Source: Gemmatimonadales bacterium (lineage in GTDB: Bacteria > Gemmatimonadota > Gemmatimonadetes > Gemmatimonadales > GWC2-71-9). Taken from it: a DNA stretch of 64,000 nt. Location of the stretch: the NCBI GenBank assembly GCA_041615815.1, contig JBFJCP010000015.1, positions 32,001 to 96,000 of the forward strand. The letters are read 5' to 3'. Below are positions 49,558 to 58,136 of this stretch, piece by piece. Under the pieces are notes generated by a model. The model was not told where the DNA came from, did no database searches, and saw only the letters and a program-made list of their open reading frames with translations. Position numbers and translations under genes: made by a program. How positions within the stretch are numbered: the first letter of the stretch is position 1; each line of letters starts with the position of its first letter.

Positions 49558-50742
49558 CTACAACTCGAGCTGATCGGAATCGCGAGACTCGTCCTCGCTT
49601 CCGGGCTTCGCGTCTCGACGTTCCTTCTCGAGTCGATCGAGCATCACGTCCCGCAGGACGTACTTGCCTTGATCCTCGTAGAGCGTGGCCAGGTTCATGA
49701 GTGTGACCTCGTCCCATAGTGAATGGTCCCATGCCCCGGCGTCCCTGAGGGCGATGGCCCGCAGGTACATGTCTTCGGCTTCCTCGTCTCGGCCCTGGAT
49801 CTGACACACGAGGGCAATGCGGTCACAGGCGTACGCCATCTTGGGGTGCTCGTGGCCGACCCCTGAGAGCAGAAGGCTCAGCGCATCGCGGAAACATTCT
49901 TCCGCGGTCGCCAGATAATCGCCTGCCGGTTGCTTCGTGAGCAGAATCATCCCATGCCTAAGGCTCTGGTCGGCATCCCGCAGAGCCCGAGCGCCCGTAC
50001 CAGTGGCACCCGGAGGATCGGTCGGACCGGTCAGGTACGTCACGATTCCCCAGGGCCCGCGGTCGGCCGGGGCCAGTACGAGTGCGGGACCATAGTTCGC
50101 TTCGTCGTCGTCCACGGCTGGCATGCCCGGTCCGGCTTCCTCGGTGTGCGCGATCTCGGTCTCCGCTTCGCATGCCGTGTTGGGGACCGCTTCGTCGAGC
50201 GGTCGGACTTCAAAGAATGGGCTGTCGATCACGAGACGCAGGATGGCCGCCTGCACGGTCCGCTCTCTCAACAGCGCACGGGCCAGAGCCGCCCCATCGC
50301 CTCGCGCGATCGCGCGCTCGGCCCTTCGGGCCGCGCGGCGAGCCCGGCTGAACACGGATGGGCCGCTCACCGAGAACCATTCGAGCGGCGACTGGCTGTG
50401 AGTGGTTTCGTGCCCCCCAAACCCATCGGGGTCGAGACCCGCGTAGTTGACACACCATGTCACGAACCGCTCGAGGCCGTTGTGCACCGCGGTGCCTTCG
50501 TCCAGATATCCACGCCGCGTGGCGTGTCCCAACAAGAAGATCATCAGTTCGGGGTTCCGCGAAGCGTGCCAGACTTCGTCCAGCGACCCGTACCGAGTCG
50601 CCCAGTCGCTCCACTCCTGGAGGAGCGGCACGTCACCCGGCTGGATGCCGGTTCGGGCTTCACAGAAAAACTGGGTGATGGCGGGCAGCGCCTGGCGCTC
50701 GCCATACGGACGTCTCGTTTCCGGCACTCGCTGTGAGGACAT
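49558..50742 (-). CDS. Hypothetical protein with C-terminal TPR repeats
   Basis: GGAG RBS before MSSQR; AEECFRDAL...GHEHP...QGRDEEAEDMYLRAIAL...NLATLYEDQGKY. Confidence 0.75.
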   Translation of the reverse strand: MSSQRVPETRRPYGERQALPAITQFFCEARTGIQPGDVPLLQEWSDWATRYGSLDEVWHASRNPELMIFLLGHATRRGYLDEGTAVHNGLERFVTWCVNYAGLDPDGFGGHETTHSQSPLEWFSVSGPSVFSRARRAARRAERAIARGDGAALARALLRERTVQAAILRLVIDSPFFEVRPLDEAVPNTACEAETEIAHTEEAGPGMPAVDDDEANYGPALVLAPADRGPWGIVTYLTGPTDPPGATGTGARALRDADQSLRHGMILLTKQPAGDYLATAEECFRDALSLLLSGVGHEHPKMAYACDRIALVCQIQGRDEEAEDMYLRAIALRDAGAWDHSLWDEVTLMNLATLYEDQGKYVLRDVMLDRLEKERRDAKPGSEDESRDSDQLEL

Positions 50743-50831
50743 CTCCAGCCCCTTTGCTGGCGGATTCCATCTCACTCGTGCAAATCGCTGGGCCGTTGTG
50801 CCCAGCTCTCTCCTGCGATGACCCCTAGAGT

Positions 50832-50847
50832 TGCACTCTCCGTGCCG
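50832..50847 (-). promoter_or_regulatory. Putative sigma54 -24/-12 promoter
   Basis: CGGCACG-GAGA-GTGCA versus consensus TGGCACG-N4-TTGCW, with exact GG-N10-GC spacing. Confidence 0.45.
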
Positions 50848-50880
50848 CAAATCGGGGATGGTCTGAACGGGATTGGGAAT

Positions 50881-50896
50881 TGTGATGCGGGGCACA
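50881..50896. promoter_or_regulatory. Putative CRP-family site
   Basis: TGTGA-N6-GCACA with AT-rich flanks (9/10 match to TGTGA-N6-TCACA). Confidence 0.45.
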
Positions 50897-50952
50897 AAAC
50901 GGGGTCGAGCCTACCTGGGGGGGTCCGACCTGTGGCTCGCGGTGGCTGGCTC

Positions 50953-52896
50953 TTACTCTGCTCCTGCGAGCTCCACCCTTACCTCCCCCATCGCCACCGG
51001 CCATCGTGCCGTATACGACGTTCCCTGCAGGGTCTCCTCGAACCCCCGCTCGGACTTGGAGACGGTCGCTATGGGAAATTGCCAAAGATCGGCATTCGGC
51101 ACGCTGACAATCCGCAGCGGTCGTGCGAGCGACATCTCCGTGGTAAAGAGCGCTCCAGCGTTGAAGGCGCTCGGATCCCATCGATAGTGGACGCTCAGCG
51201 CACCGGACGCCTCGAATCGCAGGCGCTTGTCGATCAGTCCCCGAGGGGCACTGGGCCCCGGACGCATGATCACTTCGAGCGCCCCATGATCTCCAGAAAC
51301 GGCGAACTCGAAGGGCGCCCCGGCCCAGGACGATTCGGCCGTGAAGCGCCCGCTGCGGTACGCATCGAGCGTCACGTCGGGGGCCAGAATCCGGTCCACG
51401 AACAGGGCGCGGTCCGCCGTATCGACGGGTGGAGGAGCGGCCAGTACGGCAGACTTCTCGATATCGTGTATGCTCGGCGCACGATCGGTATCCGCCGATC
51501 CTGATGCAGCATCGGACGCTCCGTGGCGGTGCTCGTGATACGCCTCTCTTCTGCGGCTGAGGACGTCCGCGTAATTGCATCCACTGGCGAACACCGTGTA
51601 CTCCTCGATGACGCCTCCCCGACTCGGACTCACGACGGCTGAGAATGCCGATGAGTGAATCCACAGCTCATCGCGACCGTCGAAATCGAAGTCGACCACC
51701 TCGGCGACCAATCCCTCCCCCTGCCTGAGATCTCCTTCGGCCCGTGCCAAGTGTTCCCAGATCGCGGCCCGCAGATGCGGCAGATAGAGACCGCCGAACA
51801 CGCCGTGCCAGTAGGCATCGTTACACTGTGCCTTGCCGATGGCGCGGCGAATCTCCTTCGGATTGCCATCCGCTCGACATTTCGTCGAGAGGTGAACCAT
51901 CTTCTTGTGCATCCGGTTGGACTCGGGATACTTGGCCAGGAAGTTGCGCCAGTGCGCACCACGAATCAGCGAGCCGTCCGGACCCGCCACGCGCTCCGGT
52001 CCCAGGTCCTCCTCGAATGTGGCGAGGCGCACCGCTGCCCTCGGTGGCAGCGACCACCCTTCCATCTCGCGATACGACGCGGTGGGTAAGTAACAGAGCC
52101 CGGCACTGGGCACCGCGGTCAGCGCATCACCAAAGGTCGAAAGCTGGACCTCGCCTGTCTCCACCAGCGATACGATCGCCGTACAAAAGCGGTCCAGCCA
52201 GCCGCGATCGTATACCCACTCGATGGTGCCGGGCCAGCCGCCGAATTTTTCCCCATCGTCGGCAAAGATCGCCATCGGGTGGCCAGCAGCTCTCAGTTCC
52301 CGCAGGTAGGCGGCCGTGGCTTGCTCCGGCTGAAACGGCACGAGATACCGCAGCCGTTCGTCGATGGGAAACAGCGCGACTCGCTTCCCGTCGCTCTCGG
52401 TGAACCAGGGGGCGTGAAGCTGGTTTCGCTCGAACCCGCTCACGAGAAAGTGACGGTCGTCCACCAGCGCATAGCGCACTCCGGCGGCCGCCAGGTCGGC
52501 CGGCAAATCCGGCTCCCAGACGCGCTCGGTGAGCCAGAGGCCCGTGGCGTCCACGCCGAATCGGCTTCGCAGCACCTCACGCATCCATCCGATCTGTTCG
52601 ACCCGATCGACTTTCGGAAGGGCGGCCAGAATCGGCTCGTAGTAGCCCGCTAGCAAGAGCTCGGCCTTTCCCTGACTGACAAGCGTGCCGATCAGATCCA
52701 AGTACTTGCCCCCGTGAGCCCCGAGCCAGTCCAAGAGCGGACCCGAAATGTGAATGGAGATGGGCAGAAACCCCCGTTCCGCCACGCACTGGAGAAACGG
52801 CAGATACGCCTCCCGCACGTGGCTCTCGAACACGTGGTCGAAATTTCCAACCGGTTGGTGCACGTGGATGCCAAACGCGAATCGTAATGGTTCCAT
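50953..52896 (-). CDS. GH57 alpha-amylase/4-alpha-glucanotransferase
   Basis: HVHQP, WLTERVWEP, DDGEKFG, QCNDAYWHGVFGGLY. Confidence 0.93.
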   Translation of the reverse strand: MEPLRFAFGIHVHQPVGNFDHVFESHVREAYLPFLQCVAERGFLPISIHISGPLLDWLGAHGGKYLDLIGTLVSQGKAELLLAGYYEPILAALPKVDRVEQIGWMREVLRSRFGVDATGLWLTERVWEPDLPADLAAAGVRYALVDDRHFLVSGFERNQLHAPWFTESDGKRVALFPIDERLRYLVPFQPEQATAAYLRELRAAGHPMAIFADDGEKFGGWPGTIEWVYDRGWLDRFCTAIVSLVETGEVQLSTFGDALTAVPSAGLCYLPTASYREMEGWSLPPRAAVRLATFEEDLGPERVAGPDGSLIRGAHWRNFLAKYPESNRMHKKMVHLSTKCRADGNPKEIRRAIGKAQCNDAYWHGVFGGLYLPHLRAAIWEHLARAEGDLRQGEGLVAEVVDFDFDGRDELWIHSSAFSAVVSPSRGGVIEEYTVFASGCNYADVLSRRREAYHEHRHGASDAASGSADTDRAPSIHDIEKSAVLAAPPPVDTADRALFVDRILAPDVTLDAYRSGRFTAESSWAGAPFEFAVSGDHGALEVIMRPGPSAPRGLIDKRLRFEASGALSVHYRWDPSAFNAGALFTTEMSLARPLRIVSVPNADLWQFPIATVSKSERGFEETLQGTSYTARWPVAMGEVRVELAGAE

Positions 52897-52901
52897 TGAC
52901 C

Positions 52902-54923
52902 TTACGTGGATTCAGCAAAGCCTAGTCGCCGGCCGATGGGCGCGGTGGCATCGCGCCACGCGGAGGAACTCTCCTCCCACAACCGGTGATAGGCGGTTTG
53001 CACGTCGAACGGAACGTAGTATCCCAAGAGCTCGAGCAGGTCGGCGAAGGCGAGCACCCGTGCCACCCCAGCGTTGGACACATCCGAGCGAAGATCCGTC
53101 ACGGCTCGGTGGAGCCCCTCCCGTACCGCCTCCTCGATTCGCTTGTCGCCGCGGGCCACCGCGTCCAGATCCGATGGTGCAAGCCAGCGAGCTACCAGTG
53201 ATCGCCGAAGCACCGCGGTCACGGCGCGACGATACGGCTCGGGAAAATCGGCCAGCTCGAGACGAGTTGGATCTCCACCGTCGCCACACACCGTGACGGC
53301 CCGACCCGGTTCCTCGACCGTGACAGAGAACTGATGCCTGCGCCCGCTCCGTCGATGCGTGAGCGTGATCGTGCTTCCCTGGGCGGTGACGTCGTACGCC
53401 GCAACCCCGCACTCCTGCGCTTCCTCGTCCGCGGCACTGAGCGCGGCATGTCCAGCGGCCACGCGGGCAGGCGCCGGCAGAGAAGGACGCACCCGCGCGT
53501 CGTAGATGTCACGACCGGTCCCCGCGCTGGGGTCATTGCTCTCCGCCGTCGCGAGCCGCTCGAGAAACTCCCGTTCGAGGCGTGGGGCATCCGCGCCGGC
53601 GAGCTCGATCCCGTGAGCCGCGTACCGCAGCACCTGGACTGGCTCGATCCCCGCGAGATCGTCGTGGAACCAGCCGCAGGAGGTTTGCATCCTGAGTGCG
53701 TCGCGCTCCATCTCGAGGAGCTCGAGCGCCCGTATACGATCGGCGGCCTTGGCCGCGGTCGGTTGCATCGCTCGCTGGAGAAATGCATCGCGATCAGCGA
53801 GCGAAGGCAACGCCCGCACATAGTCATCGCGTGCATCCCAAGGATGGGCGAACAGCGGTGCGGCGTCGCGTTCGAACACCGCAGCGAGCTCGTGACCCAG
53901 CCAATCGATCGCTTCCCTCAGGCCCTGGCGCCACCGTTGCTGCGTCTTCGCCGCCGGACGGATCTTGCAGCCACAGTCCGAGCGCCACCGTTCCACCCCG
54001 TGTGCGCAACTCCACGAGCTCGGTGCGACGAGCTCGATGTCTTGGACGGGTGGATGCCGGGCCAAGAACGATGCGAAATTCTCCACTCGCGCCGTCGGAT
54101 CGCCTTCGAGCTGGGTGATGAGCGCGGCCAAGGCCATTTCTCCGAAGCGATGATGGTGCCCGTAGGTCTCGGCATCCGTCGCCACACTCACGAGCTTGCG
54201 GGACTGGCCGCCCCCGGTGGACGTCAGGCGCGCGGCCCACATGCCCGCGTCTCGCAACAACGGTCCGAAGGCCACATCGTGCGAGATGGGGCCGTCATAC
54301 ACGAACACCGCAAGGGTCCGGCCTCCAGTTCCTTGGAACAGCCCCGGCAAGCCGAGGGCCGGAACCGCTTCCACTTGCGTGGGGCCGACCACGGTGAAGG
54401 CGATGCCTTCCTGCGCCAGCACGTCGAGCGTCTCGTGATCTACGGCAGTCTCCGGAAGCCACATGCCCACCGGGTCGCGTCCAAAGCGACGTCGAAAGTC
54501 CGCCATCCCCCACCGAATTTCCGTCACCTTGTCACGTCGCGAGCTCAGCGGAAGGATCGCGTGGTGATACGGCATGGCCATCGCATTTCCATGACCACCC
54601 AACCGCGCCGCGCTGCTGCGATCCGCCTCGAGGATCCCCCGGTACGTCTCCGGTGCAGCGCGCTCCAACCAATCCAAGAGGGTGGGCCCCACGTTGAAGC
54701 TCGTGTATGCGAGCGTGTTCAGAATGCGAAGGATCCGCCCCTGCGGCCCTTGGACCCGCGCGGCCACCATCGGCCGATAACACTCCCGCTCGATCCGCTC
54801 ATTCCAATCATGATACGGCGCCGCTGACGGCTCGGCCTCGACGTCCTCGAACCAGGGGTTGTCTCGTGGAGGCTGATACAGGTGTCCATGAATGACCACC
54901 GAGCGGCAGTCGACGCTCATCAT
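52902..54923 (-). CDS. GH57 family DUF3536 protein
   Basis: HGHLYQPPRDNPW, WLPETA, DAETYGHH, WSCAHGVERW..DCGC, TSCGWF. Confidence 0.92.
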   Translation of the reverse strand: MMSVDCRSVVIHGHLYQPPRDNPWFEDVEAEPSAAPYHDWNERIERECYRPMVAARVQGPQGRILRILNTLAYTSFNVGPTLLDWLERAAPETYRGILEADRSSAARLGGHGNAMAMPYHHAILPLSSRRDKVTEIRWGMADFRRRFGRDPVGMWLPETAVDHETLDVLAQEGIAFTVVGPTQVEAVPALGLPGLFQGTGGRTLAVFVYDGPISHDVAFGPLLRDAGMWAARLTSTGGGQSRKLVSVATDAETYGHHHRFGEMALAALITQLEGDPTARVENFASFLARHPPVQDIELVAPSSWSCAHGVERWRSDCGCKIRPAAKTQQRWRQGLREAIDWLGHELAAVFERDAAPLFAHPWDARDDYVRALPSLADRDAFLQRAMQPTAAKAADRIRALELLEMERDALRMQTSCGWFHDDLAGIEPVQVLRYAAHGIELAGADAPRLEREFLERLATAESNDPSAGTGRDIYDARVRPSLPAPARVAAGHAALSAADEEAQECGVAAYDVTAQGSTITLTHRRSGRRHQFSVTVEEPGRAVTVCGDGGDPTRLELADFPEPYRRAVTAVLRRSLVARWLAPSDLDAVARGDKRIEEAVREGLHRAVTDLRSDVSNAGVARVLAFADLLELLGYYVPFDVQTAYHRLWEESSSAWRDATAPIGRRLGFAEST

Positions 54924-54939
54924 GAACCGCTCGTGACGA

Positions 54940-56652
54940 TCAGCCTCGGACGCGCGCGTGCTCTTCGCTCATCGTGCGCTCCAGGGCCTGTAGAATGTCC
55001 GGGAAGAGATGGTCACGCTGATAGAGCTGCTCAGCGTCCCGTCGTGCGGCGTCGAGCAGATTTGGCGAGGCGTCCTCCGCCAACGCTGCAATCAGGCGTT
55101 CGGCGTCGTCCGCGTGGAGGACGAGCCGACGGCTGCCGTAGTCGGTGACCGCACCAGTGGAGACGATGAAGGGCCAGTCGGACGATTGCGCCAGTAAGAG
55201 CTCTCTCGCCGCTTGGGCGAGGACCGGACGCAGGTGTTCGGACGTGATTGCGCGTGGGGCCGCCGTCCAGAAGGCCTCTTCCAAAGGCCAGAGCCGCTCC
55301 CACATCCATCGCGTGCCATCGTTGAGCCACATGCTCTCGTCTCCGTTGGCACCCCAGGACCCTCGCGCCAGTCGGAGTGCGCGCCGCGGCGGATGCGCCG
55401 CCAAATGTGCCGACGCCGTGATTGGACGGACGTCAGGATGACGGGCCAGTGCCCGGTAGAGCGCGTCAAGGAAGTCGATGCCCTCGAACCACCAGTGACC
55501 GAACAATTCGGTATCGAACGGCGCCGCGATGACGGTGGCACCGCGCTCCCGCCCCGCCGCGATTTCCGAGAGGAGTGCGACAAAGTGCTCCGCGTGCGAA
55601 CCAACTTGCGTGAGAGCCCGAACCGGCTCGTATGCCCTCTTCTCCGCGAGATCCGCCCGCGGCCCGGTGACCCGCCAGTACTTGAGCCCGCCGGGCCAGC
55701 GAATCTTGTGGAATTCGAGATACCACTCGTCGCCGGGGTACCCGTGATCGCGGCTCCACACCTGCATCGAGGATCTGGGATCCCGTACCAACGCGGCGAC
55801 GGGGGTGGCCCGGGCCGGCGACACCCGATAGGCTCGATAGGGTGAGCGGGTCTCGGTCTGGTCGGTGGTCTCGGGATGGTCATGGCGTGCCGCATCGAAC
55901 CGCTCCACACCCAGCGGGACATCCGCATACATGCCGAGCGCGGCGCCGGCCCCCGCCAGATGGGCGTCCGTGAAGAAGTACCGAAACCCCGCCCACCCCA
56001 CGTGCTCCTCGATCCCTTGGCGGACGCGAGGATGAAACGGGGCACCGTCAGGAGCCCATTTCCCCCGAGGCCGGTAGCCACACTCGGGAAGCCAGCACCC
56101 GGTAGGCGCCTGACCGAAGAGGCGTCGGTGTTCCGCAAACCCCACCGCGAGCTGGAGCCGAATGCTCTCGTCGCGTCCGAGCAGCGGGAGGTACCCATGC
56201 GTCGCGGCCGAACCCATGATCTCGATGACACCACGGGCCTGCAGGTCCCGAAACGCGGTCACGAGATCGCCGTCCACCGATCGAAACAAGTCGCGCAACC
56301 GTCGAAATCTCGCGCGCCAGAACGCAGCCAGTGGCTCCAGTGCCCCGTCGCCCGTGGCGGCGAGGGAGACGGGCGCTTCGTCGCAGGCCGTGAGCCGCTG
56401 CTCGAGGAACGCTTCGAGCTCCTCGCCGAACAACGGATTCGCCAGCTGATTGGCGAGGACGGGCGTGAAGCCGACGGTGATCGGCGCGGGCACTCGTTGG
56501 CCCTCGAGTTTCTGTAGCGCTTCGAGGAGCGGAAGGTAGGTATCGACGGCCGCTTCAGTGAGCCAATCGCTTCCGTGTGGCCACCGACCGTGTTGCAGTA
56601 CGTACGGAAGGTGGCTGTGCAGCATGAGGACGAAATCCATGGAACGGCTCAT
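54940..56652 (-). CDS. GH57 1,4-alpha-glucan branching enzyme (DUF1957)
   Basis: HSHLPYV, WLPECGY, FDTELFGHWWFEG, LLAQSSDWPF. Confidence 0.93.
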   Translation of the reverse strand: MSRSMDFVLMLHSHLPYVLQHGRWPHGSDWLTEAAVDTYLPLLEALQKLEGQRVPAPITVGFTPVLANQLANPLFGEELEAFLEQRLTACDEAPVSLAATGDGALEPLAAFWRARFRRLRDLFRSVDGDLVTAFRDLQARGVIEIMGSAATHGYLPLLGRDESIRLQLAVGFAEHRRLFGQAPTGCWLPECGYRPRGKWAPDGAPFHPRVRQGIEEHVGWAGFRYFFTDAHLAGAGAALGMYADVPLGVERFDAARHDHPETTDQTETRSPYRAYRVSPARATPVAALVRDPRSSMQVWSRDHGYPGDEWYLEFHKIRWPGGLKYWRVTGPRADLAEKRAYEPVRALTQVGSHAEHFVALLSEIAAGRERGATVIAAPFDTELFGHWWFEGIDFLDALYRALARHPDVRPITASAHLAAHPPRRALRLARGSWGANGDESMWLNDGTRWMWERLWPLEEAFWTAAPRAITSEHLRPVLAQAARELLLAQSSDWPFIVSTGAVTDYGSRRLVLHADDAERLIAALAEDASPNLLDAARRDAEQLYQRDHLFPDILQALERTMSEEHARVRG

Positions 56653-58136
56653 GCTTCACCGCGGGACGCCAGGGCGCGCTCGTACACCTGCGCGTATCGT
56701 GCGGTGGGCCCCTTCCAACCGAACTCGCGGCCCATCGCCTCCCCCATGATGCGCTGCCAGGCCGCTTGATCAGCGAACTGATCAACGGCTCGTCGCGCGG
56801 CCACATCGAACTCCGCTGGCGTATACTCGTCGAACAGAAAGCCGGTCACGCCGTCTTCGATGGTGTCCGCCAGCCCCCCCACACGCCGCGCAACGGGGAT
56901 GGCACCATACCGCTGCGCGCGCATCTGTGTCAGTCCACATGGCTCGTACAACGACGGCATCATCAACATGTCCGCACCGGCGATCAAGCGATGCTCCAGC
57001 TCCTCCGAGAAGTCGAGCTCTACCGCAATCCGGTCCGGCAAGGCATCCCCGAGTTGGCGAAGCGCCTGTTCATAGCGCAGTTCGCCCTCCCCGAGAAATA
57101 CGAACTGTGCATCGAGCGCCGTCAGCGACGTTCCGCCCAGCAGCAGATCCAGACCCTTCTGTGCGACGAGACGGGCGGTCATGCCAATCACCGGTGTTCC
57201 GTCCTTTGCCGGCAGACGCAGCTCCTCACGCAGGGCGGCTTTACACTGCGCCTTTCCCGAAAAGTCCGTGGGGGAATATCGAGCGGCGATGGAATGATCG
57301 CACGCAGGATCCCAAATCCCGATATCGATGCCGTTGATGATCCCAACCAGGCGATCCTTGAGGTTGATGAACGTCTCGTCGAGCCCGAAGCCTCCGTCTT
57401 TCGTCCGGAGCTCGTGCGCATGCGTAGGACTCACCGTGACGCTCATGTCCGCGAACACCAGGCCCCCCTTGAGCCAGTTGACGCGGCCGTACCATTCGAG
57501 TCTCTCCCAATCGAACAACGTTCTGGGAAGCCCGACCTCCGCCAAGGACTCGACCGAAAAGTGTCCCTGGAAGCCGGCGTTGTGTACCGAGAGGACCGTG
57601 GCGACGGCGTCATAGAACGGCCGTCCCACGAACGTGGTTCGCAGGTAGACCGGCGCCAGCGCAGTGTGCCAGTCGTGGGCGTGAAGAACCAGGGGGGCAG
57701 CATGCAGCTGGGGCAGCACCTCCAGCGCAGCCAGCGTGAAAAACGCGAATCGGACCGCATTGTCCGGGTAATCGCCGGTCGATTCGCCGTAGATCCCCGG
57801 GCGATTGAAGAACCCGTCGTGCTCGAGGAAATACACTCGCGGACCCTCCTCGGTCTCGGGAATCTCCCACAATCTCGCCTGCTCTTCCCGAGACCCAACC
57901 CGAACGGGGAATGGAGGGCCTGCCGGCCGAAGCGTCGGTGCATGCTCACGGGCCTTGCGGTAGAGGGGAAGGAGGACCGAGCAGGGAACACCTTGCCCTG
58001 CCTGGTGGGTGGCGAGCCCCCGGGCCGCTTCCGCCAGGCCACCCGTCCGGGCAAACGGCCAGTACTCCGCGACAAGGTGGACCACGGCCGGTCCTGAATC
58101 TCGTGACATCTGGGACTCAGCCGGTGGGGGGGTCAT
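56649..58136 (-). CDS. glgA: Glycogen synthase (GT5)
   Basis: RTGGL, HAHDWH, HNAGFQG, RLVAQKG, PSLYEPCGLTQM, VGGLADT. Confidence 0.95.
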   Translation of the reverse strand: MTPPPAESQMSRDSGPAVVHLVAEYWPFARTGGLAEAARGLATHQAGQGVPCSVLLPLYRKAREHAPTLRPAGPPFPVRVGSREEQARLWEIPETEEGPRVYFLEHDGFFNRPGIYGESTGDYPDNAVRFAFFTLAALEVLPQLHAAPLVLHAHDWHTALAPVYLRTTFVGRPFYDAVATVLSVHNAGFQGHFSVESLAEVGLPRTLFDWERLEWYGRVNWLKGGLVFADMSVTVSPTHAHELRTKDGGFGLDETFINLKDRLVGIINGIDIGIWDPACDHSIAARYSPTDFSGKAQCKAALREELRLPAKDGTPVIGMTARLVAQKGLDLLLGGTSLTALDAQFVFLGEGELRYEQALRQLGDALPDRIAVELDFSEELEHRLIAGADMLMMPSLYEPCGLTQMRAQRYGAIPVARRVGGLADTIEDGVTGFLFDEYTPAEFDVAARRAVDQFADQAAWQRIMGEAMGREFGWKGPTARYAQVYERALASRGEA

